Source: Alphaproteobacteria bacterium (GTDB taxonomy: Bacteria; Pseudomonadota; Alphaproteobacteria; UBA828). From it: a stretch of DNA of 64,000 nucleotides. Every line of letters starts with the position of its first letter. Within the stretch, counting starts at the first letter, position 1. Of the stretch, positions 9,821 through 22,354 are shown one piece after another. The notes below the pieces were generated by a model. It made no database searches. It was not told the origin of the DNA and saw nothing but the letters and a program-made list of their open reading frames with translations. The position numbers and the translations under genes are program-made. The DNA lies in contig CAXXVO010000018.1 of assembly GCA_963422645.2 (NCBI GenBank), positions 96,001-160,000 on the forward strand. Direction: 5' to 3'.

Positions 9821-11584
9821 ATGACGAACGTGGATCCCATCACGCTCCAGGTCATCGGCGGCGCCCTCCACACGATCGCGAAAGAAATGGGGCATGTGCT
9901 CTACCGCATGTCCTACTCGTCGATCATCCGCGAATCCGAGGATCTCGGCGCCGGTCTCTTCGACCGTGACTTCAACACGCTCTGCGAATCGGACTCGACG
10001 CCGATGCACATCGGTTCCATCCCCGGCTATCTGCGGGGGGTGGAGCGCACCATGTACGGCGATTGGCACCCCGGCGACGTGGTGCTGCACAACCATCCCT
10101 ATCACGGCGCAAGCCACGTGCCGGATATCTGCTGTATCGCGCCGGTATTCTTCGAAGGAGAGCTGGTCGGGTTCTCCGCCAACACGGCTCACCACGTGGA
10201 CCTTGGCGCTGCGAGTCCGGGCATCGTCATCGACATCCCCGACGTCTATGCCGAAGGTATGCTGTTCTCTGGCATCAAGCTCTACGAGGAAGGCAAGCTC
10301 AACCGCGCGCTCTGGCAGCATATCCAGACCAACACGCGGGTGCCGCGCGACGTCTCCGGAGATATCGAGGCGCAGGTCGCCTCGGCCGAGCTCGGCGTGC
10401 GCCGCTTTCGCGAGCTCTTTGAGACCTACGGCAAGGCGACCGTCGATGCCGCGACCGCAGAGCTTATGGACTATTCCGAACGGATGCTGCGCCGGCGTAT
10501 TCGCGAGATCCCCGACGGAGACTACATGGCGGAGGGTTTCCTCGACGATGACGGGGTCGACCGGGAGACGCGGTTGCCGGTCAAGGTCACGGTGAGCATC
10601 AGGGGCGATTCCGCCGTGGTCGATACAACCGGATCGTCGCAACAGGTGCCGACCGCCTACAACGTGCCCTTCGAGGGCTCGACCAAGGTTACGTGCTATT
10701 TCGCCTTCCGCGCCCTTCTGCTCGATACCTACACCACCAGCGAATACATCCCGCAGAACGAGGGTTCGTTTCGTCCCATCGAGGTGATTTCGCCCGCGGG
10801 CTCGATTTTCAACCCGACCTTCCCGGCCGCCTGCCAGTCGCGCTTCTCCCAGTGTCAGCGGCTGGTGGACCTCATCAGCGCCGCGCTCGCCCCGGTGATC
10901 CCGGACAAGGTGACCGCAGGCTGCGGCGCGACCCTCTCCGCCTTCGCGTATTCCGGGGTCAGGCCCGGTGGCGATTACTGGATTCTGGTCGAGATCAACG
11001 AGTCGGCGTACGGCGGTCGTCCGGCCTCCGACGGGCCGGATTCGATCGACGAGCTGATGCGCAACACGCGCAATAATCCGATCGAAGACCTCGGCATGCA
11101 CCTGCCGCTGATTTGCGACCGCTACGAACTTCGCGACGATGTGCCGCCGGGCGCGGGCCGCTACAGGGGCGGCCTCGGCATCGTCAAGGTGCAGCGCTTC
11201 CTGACGCCAGGTTATGTGGTGCACGAGGCCGACCGCCACGAGGACGTGCCTTGGGGCTTCCTCGGCGGTGAGCCGGGCACGGTCGGCAGACTGGAGCAGT
11301 GGAACGTTGCGGCGCCCGAGGAGGTGGTGAACTGGCCCGCCAAGGTACCGGCGACGCCGACCGAAGCCGGCGATTGCATTGCCGTCTACACGCCGGGTGG
11401 CGGCGGATACGGCGACCCGTTGGAGCGTCCGTCCGATCAGGTGCGCGCCGATGTCGCCGACGGCTACTACAGCCAAGCTCACGCCTATGACGCCTACGGG
11501 GTCGTCATGAACGAGGCGCTCTCGGTCGATTTGGCGGCTACCGAGGTGCGACGCGCAGAGCTTCGCGCGGCGGCGGCGGCGTAG
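9821..11584 (+). CDS. Hydantoinase B/oxoprolinase family protein
   Basis: DPITLQVI...EMG...SYSSIIRESED, NHPYHGASHVPD, GAGRYRGG, TPGGGGYGDP. Confidence 0.92.
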   Translation: MTNVDPITLQVIGGALHTIAKEMGHVLYRMSYSSIIRESEDLGAGLFDRDFNTLCESDSTPMHIGSIPGYLRGVERTMYGDWHPGDVVLHNHPYHGASHVPDICCIAPVFFEGELVGFSANTAHHVDLGAASPGIVIDIPDVYAEGMLFSGIKLYEEGKLNRALWQHIQTNTRVPRDVSGDIEAQVASAELGVRRFRELFETYGKATVDAATAELMDYSERMLRRRIREIPDGDYMAEGFLDDDGVDRETRLPVKVTVSIRGDSAVVDTTGSSQQVPTAYNVPFEGSTKVTCYFAFRALLLDTYTTSEYIPQNEGSFRPIEVISPAGSIFNPTFPAACQSRFSQCQRLVDLISAALAPVIPDKVTAGCGATLSAFAYSGVRPGGDYWILVEINESAYGGRPASDGPDSIDELMRNTRNNPIEDLGMHLPLICDRYELRDDVPPGAGRYRGGLGIVKVQRFLTPGYVVHEADRHEDVPWGFLGGEPGTVGRLEQWNVAAPEEVVNWPAKVPATPTEAGDCIAVYTPGGGGYGDPLERPSDQVRADVADGYYSQAHAYDAYGVVMNEALSVDLAATEVRRAELRAAAAA

Positions 11585-11623
11585 CCCGCGTCGCAGCCCA
11601 CACTCGAACTGCCGACTAAGACT

Positions 11624-12397
11624 TTAGCGAGAGACCTGGGCCAGCCGCAGATTGCGGATGCGCCGGCTCGCGATCTCGGCGCGCACGCGCGGGATCAGCA
11701 CGGTCAGATAGTAGGCCATGAAGCCTACCGCCATCAGCAGCAGCGGCGCGACCATGGAGCTGTCGATCGACGGCGCGTCGATCTTCGAGATCGTCGCCGG
11801 CTGGTGCAGGGTGTTCCACCAGTCGACCGAATACTTGACGATGGGGATGTTGACCACGCCCACCAGCGCCAGGATAGCGGCGACGCGGGCGCCCTTGGCG
11901 GGATCGTCGAAGGCGGCGTGGAGCGCGATGTAGCCGAGATAGAGGAAGAAGAGCACCAGCATCGAGGTGAGCCGCGCGTCCCACACCCACCAGGTGCCCC
12001 ACATGGGTTGACCCCAGAGCGACCCGCTCAGGAGTGTGATGAAGGTAAAGGCTGCGCCGACCGGGGCGCTCGACTTCGCCACAAGGTCGGCGAGCGGATG
12101 CCGCCAGACGAGGCTGGCCGCGCTGCAAAGCGCGATCACGACGTAGACGAAGAGCGACATCCACGCCGCCGGCACGTGGACGAAGATGATCCGGTAGGCG
12201 TCGCCCTGCTGATAGTCGGGCGGCGCCACGTAGAGGCCGAGCACAAGGCCGGCAACGATCAGCCCTGCCGTCGCACCCGCGGCCCATGGATAGACCGCGC
12301 GCGCAACACGGAGGAAGCGTGCCGGGTTGGCGAAAAAGTGGATGCTGGTCCATCCGGTTCTCCCTCGCTTCGTCGCGCCCGTTGCCCGTGTCGCCAT
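11624..12397 (-). CDS. ccmC: Heme ABC exporter permease CcmC
   Basis: FANPARF, IIFVHVPAAW, GSLWGQPMWGTWWVWDARLTS (WWD motif), SVDWWNTLHQ; start uncertain. Confidence 0.95.
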   Translation of the reverse strand: MATRATGATKRGRTGWTSIHFFANPARFLRVARAVYPWAAGATAGLIVAGLVLGLYVAPPDYQQGDAYRIIFVHVPAAWMSLFVYVVIALCSAASLVWRHPLADLVAKSSAPVGAAFTFITLLSGSLWGQPMWGTWWVWDARLTSMLVLFFLYLGYIALHAAFDDPAKGARVAAILALVGVVNIPIVKYSVDWWNTLHQPATISKIDAPSIDSSMVAPLLLMAVGFMAYYLTVLIPRVRAEIASRRIRNLRLAQVSR

Positions 12398-12420
12398 GCT
12401 TGGTCTCGACCTTCCCCGAC

Positions 12421-13089
12421 CTATTCCACCGTCATGCGTAGCGCCGCGGCCGCCGCCAGCGGTCCCAGTACCAGCGCGCCCACCAACCCGCCCGCCAAAA
12501 TCGACAGGTTCGCGTGCACGCCGACGTCTAGCACCGCGCCTTCCACCGCGCCCACGCCAAATATGAGAACAGGAACATAGAGCGGCAAGACCAGAAGCGC
12601 GACCAGCGCGCCGCCGCGGCGCAAGCTCACGGTTAGTGCCGCTCCTACCGCTCCGATCAGGCTGAGGATCGGTGTACCGATCAGGAGCGAGACGATCAGG
12701 ATGACGAGGCCATCCGCGCTCATGTTCAGCAGGAGCGCGAGCACCGGCGCGGCGACAGCGAGCGGAAGCCCGGTCGTGAGCCAATGCGCGACCGTCTTGG
12801 CCAGCACGACGAACTCCAGCGGCAGCGTGCCGAGCATCAGTTGCTCGAGGCTTCCATCCTCATGGTCGGCGACGAAGAGGCGGTCCAGCGAAAGCAGCGC
12901 CGCGAGGAGCGCCGCAACCCAGATGGCGCCGGGCGCGATTCGACTGAGCAGGCCGAGCTCCGGCCCGACGCCGAGCGGAAATAGTGTCACCGCGATGACG
13001 AAGAAGACCACCGTCATCAGGGTGCCGATGCCGCCCCGCACCGCGAGGGTCAACTCACGCCCGATGAGCCGGAGGAAGACCCCTACCAC
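12421..13089 (-). CDS. ccmB: Heme exporter protein CcmB
   Basis: FFVIAVTLFPLGVGP, WVAALLAALLSLDRLF..DHEDGSLEQL, LVLPLYVPVLIFG; GTG start overlaps the ccmA end. Confidence 0.93.
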   Translation of the reverse strand: MVGVFLRLIGRELTLAVRGGIGTLMTVVFFVIAVTLFPLGVGPELGLLSRIAPGAIWVAALLAALLSLDRLFVADHEDGSLEQLMLGTLPLEFVVLAKTVAHWLTTGLPLAVAAPVLALLLNMSADGLVILIVSLLIGTPILSLIGAVGAALTVSLRRGGALVALLVLPLYVPVLIFGVGAVEGAVLDVGVHANLSILAGGLVGALVLGPLAAAAALRMTVE

Positions 13090-13874
13090 TCGTCGTCCTC
13101 CGGCCTGGCCTCGCGGTCGGCCAGCAACATGTCGGCGGGGACGGCGTGATCTCCGAGGTCGAGGCGATTGGCGCCGTCGAGCGCGATCTCGCCGTGGGTG
13201 GCCACGATCACCATGCCGCCATCGGCCCGGTGGGCGGCGATCATGGTTGCGACCCGGGCAGCGGACTCTGCGTCGAGCGTGACCGTCGGCTCGTCGAGCA
13301 GCCAGAGCGGCGCAGGCGTCGCCAGAGCCCGCGCGAGCGCGAGCCGCCGCCGCTGACCCGCCGAGAGATAGCGTCCCGGCACGTCGGCCAACCCCTTGAT
13401 GCCGAGCACCTCGAGCGCTCCGGGCGCGGCCCGCGCAGCGCCCCTGAAGCGCGCCCAGTCGTCCAGATTCTCCGCGACCGTGAGCGTCGGCTTCACCGCA
13501 TCGAGATGGCCGACATAGTGGAGTCGGCCGCGATGCGCGGCCCAATCCTCATCGACCGGCGCACCGTCCCAAGTAAGTGTTCCGCCAGCTGGCCGCAGCA
13601 AGCCACAGAGGATGCGGAGCAGGCTCGACTTGCCCGCGCCGTTAGGACCCACGAGGGCAAGCGCGCCGCCCGGCTCGAGGCGGAACGAGACCCCGGAGAA
13701 GACCGGGCGCTCACCACGGATGCAGGCCACGTCGTGCGCCTCGAAACAGTTGGCGCGCGGCGCAGTGCGTGACTCTGGTGAGGTATGCGGGCTAGCCGGG
13801 CCGGGAATCTTGCACCCCTCTCCGGTCGGGCCTAGAAGATCGGGGAAGGCCAAGCCTATCGGTGGTGTGTGCAC
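13083..13874 (-). CDS. ccmA: Heme ABC exporter ATP-binding protein CcmA
   Basis: [38 protein letters not shown]; the true start is uncertain. Confidence 0.9.
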   Translation of the reverse strand: MHTPPIGLAFPDLLGPTGEGCKIPGPASPHTSPESRTAPRANCFEAHDVACIRGERPVFSGVSFRLEPGGALALVGPNGAGKSSLLRILCGLLRPAGGTLTWDGAPVDEDWAAHRGRLHYVGHLDAVKPTLTVAENLDDWARFRGAARAAPGALEVLGIKGLADVPGRYLSAGQRRRLALARALATPAPLWLLDEPTVTLDAESAARVATMIAAHRADGGMVIVATHGEIALDGANRLDLGDHAVPADMLLADREARPEDDEW

Positions 13875-13924
13875 GCGGCAAGAAGCCGTGCGCGGCGCGC
13901 CGTGCCGGAAGAAGGAGCAACTCG

Positions 13925-16621
<2,697 letters not shown>

Positions 16622-16639
16622 GCGATTGGCTGCCAGCCT

Positions 16640-18292
16640 CTATTCGGCGGCCTGGTCGGCCGTCGGATCACTCAGCCTTTCGAGCGCGAGCTTGCGGAGC
16701 TTGTGCTTCTGCACCTTGCCGCTCGCGGTCATGGGGAACGCCTCGACCGACAACACGTGGCGCGGGCTCTTGAAGCTCGCTATTCGGCCCTTGCAGTAGG
16801 CGGCGATCTCCTCGCTGGCGAGGGTCTTGCCGGGCGCCGGGACAGTGAAAGCTACGGCGACCTCGCCCAGCCGCGCGTCGGGATAGCCCACCACCGCCAC
16901 CTGGTCGATCGCCTCATGGGCCATGAGGAAGGCCTCGACCTCCGCCGGCGAGACGTTCTCGCCGCCGACCCTGAGCTGGTCCTTGAAGCGACCGACGAAG
17001 CGGATGTGCCCGTCGGCGCGGAGCACCACCGTGTCGCCGGTGTGCAGCCAGCCATCGCTGTCGATGGCCTCGGCAGTCTCCTCGGGCTTCTCGTAGTAGC
17101 CTTGGGTGATCATGTAGCCGCGAATCAGGAGCTCGCCTTCCTCGCCGACCGAGATCTCCTGGCCGGTCTCTGAATCCACGACCTTGATCTCGAAGCCCGG
17201 CGCCGGATAGCCCGAGGCATCCGAGCGCTGCTCCGGCGTCGAGTTGCCGAAGGACATGGTGGCGAAGGTGAAGGTCTCGGTCATGCCCCAGCCGGTGAAG
17301 GTGGGCAGCATCTCGGTCTGCACCCGCCGCGCAATGCGGGCCGAGCTGGTCATGCCGGAGGGAAAGGTGCCGAAGCGCAGGCTGGAGATGTCCCGCGGGG
17401 TCCGCTCGAGCGAGTCGAGATACTCCTTGTAGTGGGTATCGAAGCCGTGGGTGATCGTTCCGCCCTCGGCTTCCACCAGCCGCATGCACTCGTCGGCGTC
17501 GAAGCGGTCCATCAGCACGTGCTTGCAGCCAGCGATCACTGCGATCAGCCCGGCCTCGCTGAAGCCGTACATGTGGAAGAGCGGCAGCGGGTTGACGATC
17601 ACGTCCTCGAACATGAGGCCGATGCGGTTGGCCCGCTCGCGCATGTTTCGAATCATCAGGTGGGTATGAAGCACGCCCTTGGGATGCCCGGTTGTGCCGG
17701 AGGTGTAGCCGATCATCACGGGCTGGTCGGGATCGACCGTCTCTGCACGGGTGGCGAGCGCCGCATCGCTCACCGCCTCGCCGCCGTCGAGCATTGCCTG
17801 CCAGCCCACCGTGCCGGGCACGTCGCTCTCGCCCACCACGACCAGACGGCGAAGCCGGGGGAAGCCATCGATGGCGGCCGCTCGCGGGTCCTGCTCCGCA
17901 AGCCCTGGCAGCACGTCCGCCAGCATGGCCGCGTAGTCGACCGGGCCGGAACGGTCGACGCTGATCCAGGTTCCGCTGTCGGATTGCCGCACCGTGTAGG
18001 CCACGTCGTCAGTGCGGTAGCGGGTGTTGAGCGGCACCAGCACGGCACCGACCTTGGCGATGGCGAAGGTGAGGAAGAGCCATTCCGGCCGGTTGTTCAT
18101 CCAGAGCGCGACGTGCTCGCCATTCTCGACTCCGAGCGCCATCAACCCCTTGGCGACGCGGTCTACCTCCCGGTCATATTCATTGTAGGTCCAGCGCTCG
18201 CCGTCGCAGACCAGCGCCTCGCGTGCGCCCCAGCGGCGGGCCGCCTCCGCCGGCAGGTCGCCCAGCCGTTCCTTCGGGTACCAGTCGCCCAT
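16640..18292 (-). CDS. AMP-dependent acyl-CoA synthetase
   Basis: YTSGTTGHPKG, GWGMTET, GWLHTGD, GGENVSPAEVE, TASGKVQK. Confidence 0.92.
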   Translation of the reverse strand: MGDWYPKERLGDLPAEAARRWGAREALVCDGERWTYNEYDREVDRVAKGLMALGVENGEHVALWMNNRPEWLFLTFAIAKVGAVLVPLNTRYRTDDVAYTVRQSDSGTWISVDRSGPVDYAAMLADVLPGLAEQDPRAAAIDGFPRLRRLVVVGESDVPGTVGWQAMLDGGEAVSDAALATRAETVDPDQPVMIGYTSGTTGHPKGVLHTHLMIRNMRERANRIGLMFEDVIVNPLPLFHMYGFSEAGLIAVIAGCKHVLMDRFDADECMRLVEAEGGTITHGFDTHYKEYLDSLERTPRDISSLRFGTFPSGMTSSARIARRVQTEMLPTFTGWGMTETFTFATMSFGNSTPEQRSDASGYPAPGFEIKVVDSETGQEISVGEEGELLIRGYMITQGYYEKPEETAEAIDSDGWLHTGDTVVLRADGHIRFVGRFKDQLRVGGENVSPAEVEAFLMAHEAIDQVAVVGYPDARLGEVAVAFTVPAPGKTLASEEIAAYCKGRIASFKSPRHVLSVEAFPMTASGKVQKHKLRKLALERLSDPTADQAAE

Positions 18293-18310
18293 GCCGTACC
18301 TTGCTGCCCC

Positions 18311-20758
18311 CTAGCTCCGCAACCGCTCGCCCGCCGGGTCGTAGAAGGGCGCGAGCGACATCGTCGCCGGCACGCGCTCGCCGGCGATATCGACCTCGTA
18401 GGCGCCCTCGTCGAGGGTCTGCCACCGGCGGGGCTGCTCGCTCAGGAGGTAGCCCATGCCGACCGGCCTGTCGAAGCTGTAGCCGAAGGCTGCCGAGGTA
18501 ATGCGGCCCGCGACCCTGTCGTCCAGGTAGATCGTCTCATCGTGGAACATGAAGGGCTCGGCCTTCTCCAGCATCACGTGCACGAGGCGCGCGGTGAGCC
18601 CTTCCTCGCGCTGGCGTTCCAGCGCCGCGCGGCCGATGAAGTCGGCATCCTTCTTGAACGATACGGCGAAGCCGAGACCGGCCTCCAGCGGGGTCTCAGC
18701 CTGGGTGATGTCGTGGCCCCAGTGGCGGTAACCCTTTTCGCTCCTCAGCGAATCCATCGCGTGGATGCCGCAGAGCCCGACGCCGAGATCGGCTCCCGCC
18801 TCCATTAGCCGGTCGAAGACCGGCACGACGTACTCGGTCGCGATGTGCAGCTCCCAGCCTAGCTCGCCCACGTAGGAGGCCCGCATCGCCCTCGCGTGCG
18901 CGTAGCCGATGTCGATCTCGCGGCAGGTGCCGAAGGGGAAGGCCTCGTTGGAGAGATCCGCATCGCTGACCCGCCCGAGCAATGTTCTGGCGTTGGGCCC
19001 CATCACGGCAAGCACCCCGGAGCCCGAGGTCACGTCAGTCACGTAGACTTGTGCGCCGTCGCTCAGGTTTCGCTCGATCCAGGTGAGGTCGCGGGTCTGC
19101 GAGCCGGCCGAAGTCACCACCAGGTAGCGGTCGTCGGCGAGCCGGGTCACGGTAAGGTCCGCTTCGATCCCGCCCCGCCTGTTGAGGAGCTGCGTGTAGA
19201 CAATTTTGCCCGCCGGCACCGCGACATCGTTGGCGCAGAGGCGCTGCAGCTCGCGCTCGGCATCCGGCCCCTGCACCAGGTACTTGGCGAACGAGCTCAT
19301 GTCGAGGATGCCGACAGCCTGGCGCACGGCGCGGTGTTCCTCCCGCACACAATCGAACCAGTTCTGCTTGCCGTAGGCGTATTCATAGGCCGGCTCCACG
19401 CCTTCGGGTGCGAACCAGTTGGCACGCTCCCACCCTGCCGCCTCGCCGAAGCACGCGTTGTGGGCCGCGAGCCGCGCGTGGAGCGGGCTGAGCCTCACCG
19501 GGCGCGCGGTCTCCACCTGGCGATGGGGCCAGTGCATCTGGAACAACAGGCCCAGGCTCTCCTTCGTGCGGTCGACCAGATAGCGGCGGTTGTTCTGGAA
19601 GCGGGCGAAGCGGGAGATGTCGAGCTCGGCGAGATCCACGGTCGGCTGCCCCTCCACGATCCACTCCGACATCACCTTGCCGGCGCCGGCGGCGCTGAGG
19701 ATGCCCTGCGAGTTGAAGCCGGCGGCGACGAAAAAGCGCGCAAGCTCCGGCGCCTCGCCGAGCACGAACTTGTTGTCCGGCGTAAAGCTCTCAGGCCCGT
19801 TCATGAAGCGGCGGATCGGTGCCCGCTCGAGCACCGGCAGGAGCTCGATGGCGTTGGTCATCGGCAGCTCGAAGTGATCCCAGTCCTCCGGCAGCTCCAC
19901 GAACTCGGCGCCCTCGGGCAGCTTCTCGAGCGGCAGCGGCTTGGCCACGGGTTCGAAGCTGCCGACGAGCAGGCGGCCTGCGTCCTCCTTCACGTAGATG
20001 TAGCCGTCGGTTTCTCGGATGATCGGCGCATCGGGCGAGAGCCCCTCGATCGGCTCGGTGACCACGTACATGTGTTCGGCGGCGTAGAGCGGCACGTTCA
20101 CGCCCGCCATCTGCCCGATCTCGCGCGCCCAGACGCCGCCGCAGTTGACGACGGTCTCGCAGGCGATGGTGCCTTGCGCGGTGCAGACTCCGGAGACCGC
20201 TCCGTTTCTGTGCTCGAAGCCGGTGACGGCTGTCTCCTCGAAGATGCGCGCGCCCCGCGACCGGGCGCCCTTGGCGAGCGCCATCGCGGTATCGACGGGA
20301 TTGGTCTGGCCGTCGCCGGGAATGTAGATCGCGCCCTTGATCCGCGAGACGTCCATCAAGGGGTAGAGCGATGCCACCTCGTTCAGCCCGACCTCGTAGG
20401 TCTCGACGCCGAAGCAATCGCCGAGGGCGGCCATGCGCCTGACCTCGGTGAGCCGTTCTTCGGTGCGGGCAATGGGCAGGCTGCCCTTGCGGCGGAAACC
20501 GGTGGCCTGGCCGGTTTCGGCCTCCAATGACTCGTAGAGGCCGACGGCATAGCGCGCGAGCTCGGTCAGCGTCGAGGTCGCGCGTAGCTGATTCACGAGG
20601 CCTGCGGCGTGCCACGAGGTGCCGCCGGTGAGATGACCTCGCTCCAGAAGGACCACGTCCCGCCGCCCGAGCTTGGTCAGATGGTAGGCCATGCTGCAGC
20701 CGATGATGCCGCCGCCGACAATCACCACCTCGGCCTGAGTCGGTAACGCTCCGGTCAT
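18311..20758 (-). CDS. FAD-dependent oxidoreductase with GcvT folate domain (dimethylglycine/sarcosine dehydrogenase family)
   Basis: GGGIIG FAD motif, GTSWHAAG, NGPESFTPD, GWERANWF, SYVGELGWE, LRSEKGYRHWG. Confidence 0.92.
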   Translation of the reverse strand: MTGALPTQAEVVIVGGGIIGCSMAYHLTKLGRRDVVLLERGHLTGGTSWHAAGLVNQLRATSTLTELARYAVGLYESLEAETGQATGFRRKGSLPIARTEERLTEVRRMAALGDCFGVETYEVGLNEVASLYPLMDVSRIKGAIYIPGDGQTNPVDTAMALAKGARSRGARIFEETAVTGFEHRNGAVSGVCTAQGTIACETVVNCGGVWAREIGQMAGVNVPLYAAEHMYVVTEPIEGLSPDAPIIRETDGYIYVKEDAGRLLVGSFEPVAKPLPLEKLPEGAEFVELPEDWDHFELPMTNAIELLPVLERAPIRRFMNGPESFTPDNKFVLGEAPELARFFVAAGFNSQGILSAAGAGKVMSEWIVEGQPTVDLAELDISRFARFQNNRRYLVDRTKESLGLLFQMHWPHRQVETARPVRLSPLHARLAAHNACFGEAAGWERANWFAPEGVEPAYEYAYGKQNWFDCVREEHRAVRQAVGILDMSSFAKYLVQGPDAERELQRLCANDVAVPAGKIVYTQLLNRRGGIEADLTVTRLADDRYLVVTSAGSQTRDLTWIERNLSDGAQVYVTDVTSGSGVLAVMGPNARTLLGRVSDADLSNEAFPFGTCREIDIGYAHARAMRASYVGELGWELHIATEYVVPVFDRLMEAGADLGVGLCGIHAMDSLRSEKGYRHWGHDITQAETPLEAGLGFAVSFKKDADFIGRAALERQREEGLTARLVHVMLEKAEPFMFHDETIYLDDRVAGRITSAAFGYSFDRPVGMGYLLSEQPRRWQTLDEGAYEVDIAGERVPATMSLAPFYDPAGERLRS

Positions 20759-20979
20759 CGCTCCCTCGCCCGCATGCGGCCTCCCATAGCGCGACGCACC
20801 ATGCCGCTGCCGGATTCCCTAGCACGGCCGCACGCAGCGGAAAACGGAAGGGACGGAGCCGACGCAAATGCAGCGAACCAGCGCCCCGCGCCAGGTTTGC
20901 ATTCATGCGACGCTCTTCGCATAGTGCGCGCCAACCGGGGTCGGCACGGCAACCGAACATCCAAGAGGAGAGGGAATCA

Positions 20980-21465
20980 ATGGCAGTTAGCGCGGGCGAC
21001 AAGATGCCGTCGGTCAACTTCAAGATGTTGACGGCGGACGGGCTCTCGGACGTATCGAGCGACGACTATTTTGGGGGCAAGAAGACTGCGCTCTTCGCCG
21101 TCCCCGGCGCATTCACGCCGACCTGCTCGGCCAAGCATGTACCGAGCTTCCTGGCGCAGGCCGACGCGCTCAAGGCCAAGGGCGTGGACCAGATCGCCTG
21201 CGTGTCGGTCAACGATGCGTTCGTGATGAAGGCCTGGGGCTCGGATACGGGAGCCACCGATGCCATCGACATGCTGGCCGACGGCAACGGCGAGTTCGCA
21301 CGGGCGACGGGGCTGACCCTCGACGGCACCGGCTTCGGCCTCGGCGAGCGGACGACCCGCTTCTCCATGATCGTCGACGACGGCACGATCACCGCCCTCA
21401 ACGTGGAAGAGAACCCGGCGGAGATGGACGTGAGCAGCGCGGAGCACATGCTCTCGCAGCTCTGA
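20980..21465 (+). CDS. Peroxiredoxin, Prx5 subfamily
   Basis: VPGAFTPTCSAKHVP, SVNDAFVMKAWG, LADGNG. Confidence 0.93.
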   Translation: MAVSAGDKMPSVNFKMLTADGLSDVSSDDYFGGKKTALFAVPGAFTPTCSAKHVPSFLAQADALKAKGVDQIACVSVNDAFVMKAWGSDTGATDAIDMLADGNGEFARATGLTLDGTGFGLGERTTRFSMIVDDGTITALNVEENPAEMDVSSAEHMLSQL

Positions 21466-21477
21466 TCCCGCCCGTCC

Positions 21478-21510
21478 CCGCGCAGGCGCCTGCAAAAGGC
21501 GCTTGCGCGG
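21478..21510. terminator. 14-bp GC stem-loop after the Prx5 gene
   Basis: CCGCGCAGGCGCCT-gcaaa-AGGCGCTTGCGCGG with one G-T pair; no U tract. Confidence 0.4.
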
Positions 21511-21641
21511 CGGGCTGCGCTCACCACATTGTCGTCTATCGGCGGCCGCCACGGCGCGCGGTGGGCCGCTCGACCCCAGTTTGACAAGACCGCGCCTGCC
21601 CAAGCGCCGGCGCGAGGTCGCTCAGGAGGAGACATCAGGCA

Positions 21642-22301
21642 ATGGCACTGAGGATTGGCGACGAAGCACCCAACTTCACGGCAGACACGACCGAGGGTGC
21701 GATCGACTTTCATGACTGGATCGGCGACGGCTGGGCCATTCTATTTTCCCACCCCAAGGACTTCACGCCGGTCTGCACGACCGAGCTCGGCTACATGGCC
21801 GGGCTCAAATCGGAGTTCGAGAAGCGCAACTGCAAGGTCCTCGGGCTTAGCGTGGACGGCGTGAGCGATCACCACGCCTGGTCGAAGGACATCGAGGAGA
21901 CGCAGGGTCACGCGGTGAACTACCCGCTGATCGGCGATCCGGAGCTCAAGATCGCGACGCTCTACGAGATGCTTCCGGCGGGTTCCGGCAAGACCTCGGA
22001 GGGGCGCACGGCGGTCGACAACCTCACCGTCCGCACCGTCTTCCTCGTCGGGCCTGACAAGAAGGTCAAGCTCTCCCTCACCTACCCGATGAGCACCGGC
22101 CGCAACTTCGACGAGGTGCTGCGCGTGCTCGATTCCTGCCAGCTCACGGCGAAGCACAAGGTGGCGACGCCGGTGAACTGGAAGCAGGGCGAGGACGTAA
22201 TCATCGTGCCAGCGGTCTCCGACGAGGAGGCCAAGAAGACCTACCCCGGTGGCTGGAAGGCCCCAAAACCCTACCTCAGGATCGTGCCGCAGCCCGAGTA
22301 A
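21642..22301 (+). CDS. Peroxiredoxin, Prx6 (1-Cys) subfamily
   Basis: FSHPKDFTPVCTTELG, YPMSTGRNFDE, ATPVNWK; AGGAG RBS. Confidence 0.94.
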   Translation: MALRIGDEAPNFTADTTEGAIDFHDWIGDGWAILFSHPKDFTPVCTTELGYMAGLKSEFEKRNCKVLGLSVDGVSDHHAWSKDIEETQGHAVNYPLIGDPELKIATLYEMLPAGSGKTSEGRTAVDNLTVRTVFLVGPDKKVKLSLTYPMSTGRNFDEVLRVLDSCQLTAKHKVATPVNWKQGEDVIIVPAVSDEEAKKTYPGGWKAPKPYLRIVPQPE

Positions 22302-22323
22302 CGGCTTCTCCTTTTCGACAATT

Positions 22324-22353
22324 CCCTCCGCTCGCGTCCCCGCGGGCGGAGGG
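22324..22353. terminator. Hairpin between convergent genes
   Basis: CCCTCCGCTCGCG-tccc-CGCGGGCGGAGGG, between the Prx6 and amidohydrolase stop codons. Confidence 0.5.
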
Positions 22354-22354
22354 C

